From the NCBI GenBank assembly GCA_964016885.1, contig OZ024742.1, forward strand, positions 26,412,001 through 26,476,000: a stretch of DNA of 64,000 nt. Direction: 5' to 3'. The notes under the pieces were generated by a model, which ran no database searches, was not told the DNA's origin, and saw only the letters and a list, made by a program, of their open reading frames with translations. Below are positions 56,831-64,000 of this stretch, piece by piece. A program made the translations under genes and the position numbers. Numbering within the stretch: position 1 is the stretch's first letter; the number at the start of each line of letters is the position of its first letter. The stretch is from Eledone cirrhosa (lineage: Eukaryota).

Positions 56831-57472
56831 CCGTATTACTGTAGTGATGGTGCTGTAGCGGTGGCAGCAGCAGTGAAGGAGTCAAGGGGTGGTGGCGGCG
56901 GTGATGGGATAGTGGTGGTAATGATGGCCGTAGTGAGCGGTGGCGGTGAAGGTGAAAATGCTGTTGTGTTTAGTGTACACAGATGATGGGGTGGGTGGTG
57001 TATCTAGTTTCTGGTGTTGGTGAGTTTCGCTGTCCTATATAGTGTAGCCAGAGGAGAGGAGGGGGGGGGGTTCTTCTTCTTCCATTTATAGCCATTTTAT
57101 TTTTTGGGGATATACAGTGTACAATACAAAGTTGAATATTTGAATATTTGAGCCGTATTACTGTAGTGATGGTGCTGTAGCGGTGGCAGCAGCAGTGAAG
57201 GAGTCAAGGGGTGGTGGCGGCGGTGATGGGATAGTGGTGGTAATGATGGCCGTAGTGAGCGGTGGCGGTGAAGGTGAAAATGCTGTTGTGTTTAGTGTAC
57301 ACAGATGATGGGGTGGGTGGTGTATCTAGTTTCTGGTGTTGGTGAGTTTAGCTGTCCTATATAGTGTAGCCAGAGGAGAGGAGGGGGGCGGGGTTCTTCT
57401 TCTTCCATTTATAGCCATTTTTTTTTGGATATACAGTGTACAATACAAAGTTGAATATTTGAATATTTGAGC
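56831..57472. repeat. ~321-bp tandem duplication in the family-1 5' UTR
   Basis: 56831-57152 is repeated at 57153-57472. Confidence 0.9.
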
Positions 57473-57639
57473 CTTATAACAATATATTTTGGGTCCGAAT
57501 TTTTTTGGGGCTCAAGCCGGGTGCTTTACGTACCATTTGTACTAAGAGTTGTTATTTCACAAATGATTTAAATATGTTAAAAATTCAAAACTTACGGGAG
57601 CGATTTCATGACCTCCGTCACCTCGTGCGTCTTCTTCCC

Positions 57640-57699
<60 letters not shown>

Positions 57700-57700
<1 letters not shown>

Positions 57701-60700
57701 AGTTGCATTTATCTTGCTTTATGTTCATACGAGTTATCACCAAGTCACAACCAGTGACCTCAAGAGACAACAAGGTCCGCCATGTTCAAGAAAGAACATA
57801 CATACTCACACATGCCTCTTTAGTGTTTAGACTTGTGATGTACTTATATTGACAGAATCTTCCTTAGTATATGGGCAGTTCCCATTAGTACTATCTTTTG
57901 TATTTCTCCTATACGCGGGTTTCCTGGGATTTGCGATAAGTAATCATTGGACCCCTTAGGTATCATTCCCAGAGCGTCTACAACCACTGGTATTGTTTTA
58001 GTTCTCAATTTCCACATTTTTCCAATTTCTATCTCCAGGTCCTTATCTTTGGTCAATTTTTCAAATGTTTTTATGGATACATTCTTCTCTATTGGAACAG
58101 GCATATCAATTAGCAGGCATACCCTCTTTTTAAAGTCCTTCAATATTATATCAGGTCTATTTGCATCTATTTTTCGGTCTGTTTGGATGCTAAAGTTCCA
58201 CAAGATTGAGATGTGATCTTTTTCAAGTATGGGAGGTGGTTGATGCACCCACCAATTCTTTTGATGGGGCAGGTCAAAATGCTTACACATTATCCAATGT
58301 ATGTATTGTGCAGCTCTGTCATGCCTGTTTAGGTATTCGGTTGGAGCTATAGGACTGCACATTGAAATTATATGGTCAATGGTCTCTGGTTGTTTTTTGC
58401 ATACACGGCATAATGGGCTGCATCCATTATTTATTATGTTGGCTTGGTAATTTGTTGTTGGCAGACACTGATCTTGTGCTGATATAATCAGTCCTTCAGT
58501 CTCCGATTTCGGTCCAGAGGATGCCAACCACTGATTGGTTAAAGTTTTGTCAACATCAGGATTGTTAGCTCGCTCTGGGTATTTTCCATACAGAGGCTTT
58601 TCTTGCCATTTCTTAGCCAGTTTCCCTAGCAGTTCTTTCTTTGCAGTTACTTTTACCTGCTTTGCTTTTTCTGTGTTTTCCATTTCAGCAGTAAATGGGA
58701 CTTCTGAAATTTGTAGTCCATTATTGTATCTTTGTGTATCTTTTGTAATGGAATATGATCTTTTGATGCTTTCGTGTTTCAAAACGAGTTTGATCATCCA
58801 ATCATGTGATTCCCTTAGATATGTAGATAATCCAATTGTTGCAGTTTTCAACGCAATGTCTAACTGGATTAACCCACGTCCTCCTTCTTTTCTAGGGAGA
58901 TATATTCTATCTATATCTGCCTTAGGGTGATGCATTCTGTGCATGGTTAAGAGTTTTCGAATTTTTTTATCGAGCCTACGGATCTCTGTGCTTGACCAGT
59001 TGATGACATTGTAACTGTAGGTTACTACTGGTATGGCAAGCGTGTTTATGGCATCGATACTATTCCTTGCATTGAATTCCGTTCTTAAGATTGCTCTTAC
59101 TCTGCGGTAACATTCCTTCCTTATCCTTTCCCTCATTGTCGAGTGCTTGATTCCGCCTCCTTCACAAACACCTAGATATTTGTAAATTTTTTCTTTATCA
59201 AGTTCTCTTATCACGTTCCCCCGATCAAGATTAATGTCTGAACTCTTCAGCAGCTTTCCTCTGGTGAACGTTGCTTTGGCGCATTTATCTAGTCCAAACT
59301 CCATTTTAATGTCATCGCTGAACTGCTCCACAGTGGATAATAGCCCTTGCAATTGTTCATCATTTTTTGCAAATAGTTTCAGGTCATCCATGTAGAACAA
59401 GTGATTAATGGTTTGTCATAGACTCTATATGCATGTTTTGTTTCATTGAGCATTTTACTTAATGGTATAAGTGCGATGCAGAACAAAAGCTGTGATAAAG
59501 GGTCGCCCTGAAAAATTTCACAATTAATATTAACTTCTCCAGCTTCCAGTGATTTTGTTTCACTATTCAAAAGGAGTGTCGTTTTCCATGTCTTCATACT
59601 GAATGACAAAAACCTCCTGACAACGGGGGATATTTTGAAAATCTCTAAACATTTTTCAATCCAACTGCGTGGCAAACTATCGAATGCTTTTTTATAATCT
59701 ATCCAAGCAATCGATAGATTTTTGTGTCTATTATGACAATCTTCCAGTATCATTTTGTTTACCAGAAGCTGATCCTTACAGCCATATGAGCCTCGTTTAC
59801 ACCCTTTCTGCTCAATGGGAAATAGGTCATTTGTTATCAGGTGGTCATATGTGTATTCAGTTAGGACTGATGTTAAAATTGTATACATTGTGGTCAGGCA
59901 AGTTATCGGTCTGTAATTTTTGGGATTGTTTGTCTCATCATTCTTCGGAAGCAGGAATGTAATGCCGTTAACTAGCCATGATGGTATCTTTTCTGGCTCC
60001 TTAACTCTTTCATTGTAAAGTTGGGCTAACAGCTCATGAGACTCTGTGAAGGCATTTATCCAAAAATTTTGTATATTGTCTTTTCCTGGGGATTTCTATT
60101 TGCTGGTTTTTCTTAGAGCCAAGCGCAACTGTTCAACTGTTATGTTTTCCCATATTTGTTCCTCAAGGTGAGCTGTATCTTTCATTTGTCTGTCTGTCCA
60201 TGGGGCATGTATGTTATGAACTTTTTCTTCGGCCCAGATCTTTTCCCAGAATTCTTGCACTTCCTCCTTGGGTGGTATTGATTTAGCATTTATTGTTGAC
60301 TTACCAATTTTTCTGTAGAAGTTTCTTTGGTGGTTTTTGAACATATTATTGTCCTTATAGAATCTAGATCGTTTTTCAAAGCGCCTTATACGAGCAGCTT
60401 TGGCCGACACTTTTTGCGTGATTATTTCTATCAGCATGTCTATGTCACTTGTTGGTTTTATACTATACTTTCTTTTCAATTTTCTAAGTTTAGTTTGTTT
60501 AACATGTTCACCTACTTTATAGTTTGTTAAAATTTCTATGTCAGATCGGAGAAGGTTTATTTGGCGATTGATGATTTCTTGCCAAGTAGATTTCTTATGG
60601 GAATTCCTTTGTTTTTTCATCTTCACTCCACATAAGTGAGTGGTGACTTTAGCCGATGCATAATAGAGATGATTTAAATCAGTAATGTTTAATTTGTTTG

Positions 60701-61660
60701 TGATGATAATGTTTTTGAGCATTATGTTAGTCTTGTGTATTATCTTTTGGTTCTGTTTGGAGTTCTGGATCTTAGGGAGGGTGTCTCGTTGCCCCATGTC
60801 AGATTCTTTCATTTTCTTCCATTCGATCATAATATCATCCTTCAAGTTGGCAAGTTGATTCTCATTCATTTCTTTATCATTTACGATCTCATTATTTTCA
60901 TTTGGAGTTTCATCTTGAGCATGCACTCCCTCCACTTTTTCGATCCTTTCTTTAATTTGTTCTGTTGCCAGTGATTCCGCCCCAACCCTGGGATTCGAAG
61001 TGTTACAATTTACCTCGTTTTCACTGACACATGTTTCATTTTCCCTTCGCTGACTTTGTGCTAATAGCTTGATCTGATCAATTTCTATATCAGTTATTAA
61101 CTTTTTTTTTTAAATATGTCTTCGTATATTGGCTAGTTTGTTACTGTCAATATAGCCTCTGTTTTCGGGATGTTTCTTTTTCCAGTTGATATATGTCTGT
61201 TCTGTATTCGATGTATTTGATGGGTAGTACATGGCAGTGTAGAAAGCCTCAAGGACTTCTTTATTATCTTCCCTTGACCATTTTTCTCTCTTTTTCTTTG
61301 GATTTTTTGGTGGTGAGCTTGGAGGGCCAACAGTAGGAGTATTCCGGTTATGGGAGGTCTCCAGCTCCGAAGTGATGGGAAGGTTTGAACCATTAGCTGA
61401 TTTTTAGACCCCAGTCTGGTACCTCTCTGAGGGACGTGGCCCTTTTTTACCCGGGTGACGGCCGATCCGGTATGAGATTTTATCATTAGACATTTACTTT
61501 ATTTTGTCGTGTTTTATCCTTATCCGCCAAGGGGTAATCATTTCGTGTTACCACTTCTAGACCGAGTGTCAACCAAGACTAGAGGGGTCGATCTCCCCTA
61601 GAGACACGGCTATTCCCCGCCGGCCGCCATCCCGGTATATCTTGGTCACGGGGTTTTCTT
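57700..61660 (-). mobile_element. RLE-type non-LTR retrotransposon (R4/Dong-like), family 2; near full length with several stops and frameshifts
   Basis: ORF pieces from ~61493 to 57844: WIDYKKAFD, FQGDPLS, YMDDLKL, CRVC...HIISMC, RHD and NRPDIILKD...LIDMPVP. The 3' end abuts (TTA)n at 57641-57699. Confidence 0.92.
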
Positions 61661-61989
61661 TTTTGTTATATTTTTAAATTTTTATTATCATGAGTGGTTC
61701 CTTAATGTGAGCATTCCGTGGCTTAAGAATGAAATTATTAATAAGTGTCTCCACTCCAGGCACAAGGCCAGCAATTACCCAGTGCATTATAATAATATAA
61801 TATACTTTTTGCTGAAGTTGCCTGTTATTGTTGTTGGCTATGTCGGTGGTGGTGCTGGGGCTTTTTATATTGTTGGTGGGGAAGGGGGGAGTCAGCAGTG
61901 CCATAGTTGTTGACTTTTGGCCGGTGGCCAGGTCACAAAATCAATCTATTTATATCTTTTGCTAGTCTCTCCCTTGTCTAGTGATACCA

Positions 61990-62636
61990 CCACCTTCCCC
62001 TTTCTTAAGTTAACAGAAGGAAATGGGGATAGTGGTGGTAGCAATGAAGGAGTGGTGGCGGCAGTGATGGGATAGTGGTAGCAATGATGGATGGAGTGGT
62101 GGCGGCTGTGGCGTTGTCGTTACTGAGTTATGTAGTTTGTTTGATCTGTAGTATCTATGCGTTTGTGTCGCGTATGTTTAATATATGTGTTGACATATTC
62201 CTTAAATATTGGAATTAAACATTTTGTTAAAACTTGAGACAATAATAATAGTAATTATTATTATGATGCTAGGATTGTTGTTGGTGGTGGTGGTGGTGGT
62301 GACATTGACGTTATCGGGTGATTGCCGTTATCTGGTGAAATTGCCGTGATTTAGTGTACACAGCGGGGTGATGGGGTAGGTCGAGTATCTAGATTCTGGT
62401 GTTGGTGAAATTGCTGTTATTTGGCTGTTCTATATAGTGTAGACAGAGGGGGTTTTCTTCCATTTATAACCATTTTCTTTTTTGAATATAAAATATATAA
62501 TACAAAATTGGATATTTGAGCGATATAACAATATATTATGGATCCGAATTTTTATAAGACTTGATTCGGTGATTTATGCATCATTTGTACTAAGAATTGT
62601 TATTTCACAATTGATTTAAATATGCTAAAAATCAAA
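61990..62636 (-). mobile_element. Orphan 5' UTR remnant of the family-1 element
   Basis: 62350-62635 aligns by eye with 57290-57585 (ttagtgtacacag...ttctggtgttggtga...catttgtactaaga...gatttaaatatg). Confidence 0.7.
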
Positions 62637-62664
62637 AATATTATTATTATTATTATTATTATTA

Positions 62665-64000
62665 CTCTTTGAGTCTCAGTCATTGATGTTAGTTAACTGG
62701 AAAGTTTGTTAAAAGGAATATCATGCCACTACCCGCAGCCTCAGATATTCAGGACGTATCGGAGGGTTCTTGCTGTTCCCAGCAAGCATGCCTTTTGAAG
62801 TGTTCCAAAAAGCGTGAAGGGGCCAATTTTCTTTAACCATCCCTGGAAACTTTTTGAGATAGTCCCTAGTGGGCATATGACAATCGGGATCACTTTGACT
62901 TCATGGCAGTTCCAAATCCGTTTTACCTCCCACTTTAAGTCCTGGTATCGGTTAATTTTCTCCCTCTCCTTCTCTAGCACTCTCGTGTGGAATGGGCAGG
63001 CCACATCCACAATCAGGCACGATCTTTTTTCTTTGTCCACAACCACCAGGTCAGGTCTATTGTGTTCCAGTTTCTTGTCCGTCTGCATCCTAAAATCCCA
63101 CAGCACCTTCACCTGATCGTTTTCTATCACCAACTCTGGCTTATGCTCATACCACTTCTCAGAATGTGGTAAATTGTTTACTTTGCATAGTAGCCAGTGG
63201 ATCACCCTGCCCATCAAATCAAGTCTCCAGCCTTTATAGTGAGTCTGGGCTAGGTCTTTACACTCGGATACAATGTGAGCCACAGTCACCTCTCTCTCTC
63301 CACAGATCCTGCACAGTGGGCTAGCCTCCTCCTTGTAAATATGGTGTTTCAAAAACTTCGTTTTGAGGGCCTGCTCGTGCGCAGCCATTAACATTCCTTC
63401 TGTAGCCTTTTTAAGGTCTCCTCTTTTCAACCAGTTCCATGTCTGTGGATCTCTAAATTCAGTTTTCTCAAAGAAGGTACTATGAAGGGATTTTTGCTGA
63501 AGGCTGCTCTTTCTCCTTGATGTTATATCCTCCTTGGACATCCCCTGGCCTATTGTCCTCTCCTTCAGTACAGTTCTGAGCATTGGCTCCTTACTATCAG
63601 TCACGTATTTGTGTAGGTTGTTTGTCTCCATCTGAACACAGTCCTCTATGCTGATAAGACCTCTTTCACCTTCAGATCTCCTTAAGTAGAGTCTATCGAC
63701 ATCGCTCCTCTTGTGGAACATGTTGTAGATAGTCAATAGCTTCCTAGTCTTCCTATCCATTTCTTTTTGTTCAGCAACATTCCATCTCAGAATTCCCGCA
63801 CTGTACCTAATAATAGACACAGCTCGGGAATTTACTGCACTTATGGCATTCCTACTGTTCAGATGTGACTTTAATACGCTCCTTACTCTCCGAATGTATT
63901 CAGTTCTTATCAATTCCTTCATTTTTTCTTCTTGATGTCATCAGCCTCCAGAACACCCAAATACTTGTATCCTTCTTCAGAGTCAATTTCCTTTATCATC
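62665..64000 (-). mobile_element. 3' part of a second family-1 R4/Dong-like copy, running off the window
   Basis: ORF 62741-63922 is highly similar to 52864-54045. Same 3' UTR and a (TTA)n tail at 62640-62664. Confidence 0.92.

Larger units (their letters stand above)
52790..57640 (-). mobile_element. Near full-length RLE-type non-LTR retrotransposon (R4/Dong-like), family 1
   Basis: A single ORF (56257 to 52864) is broken by a stop (~54713) and a frameshift (~54045). (TAA)n tracts flank both ends. Confidence 0.92.

Overview
Eukaryotic, very AT-rich, microsatellite-saturated DNA. The SINE and LINE repertoire looks like an octopus or other cephalopod genome; this is inferred from recalled repeat sequences, not from a search. 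I found no convincing host protein-coding gene, and most ORFs in the track are (TA)n/(CA)n/(TAA)n artefacts. Content: (1) a near full-length L1/Tx1-type retrotransposon (17046-23057, minus; ORF1 with CCHC knuckle, ORF2 APE-RT); (2) two Penelope-like element insertions with the inverted-pLTR / truncated ORF / pLTR layout (39767-42870 and 42976-45556); (3) a co-oriented pile-up of RLE-type (R4/Dong-like) retrotransposons in (TAA)n tracts from about 50.5 kb to the window end; (4) RTE and mariner relics, many tRNA-headed SINEs, and two minisatellites. The main discovery is that many small fold-back or circularly permuted non-coding inserts in (TA)n tracts carry type I hammerhead ribozyme (HHR) motifs. 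These belong to roughly 7-9 unrelated sequence families and include two U3-A8 core variants, a ~480-nt circularly permuted retrozyme-like unit and a TIR-flanked HHR cassette. All ribozyme folds were read by eye, and none has been tested for activity.
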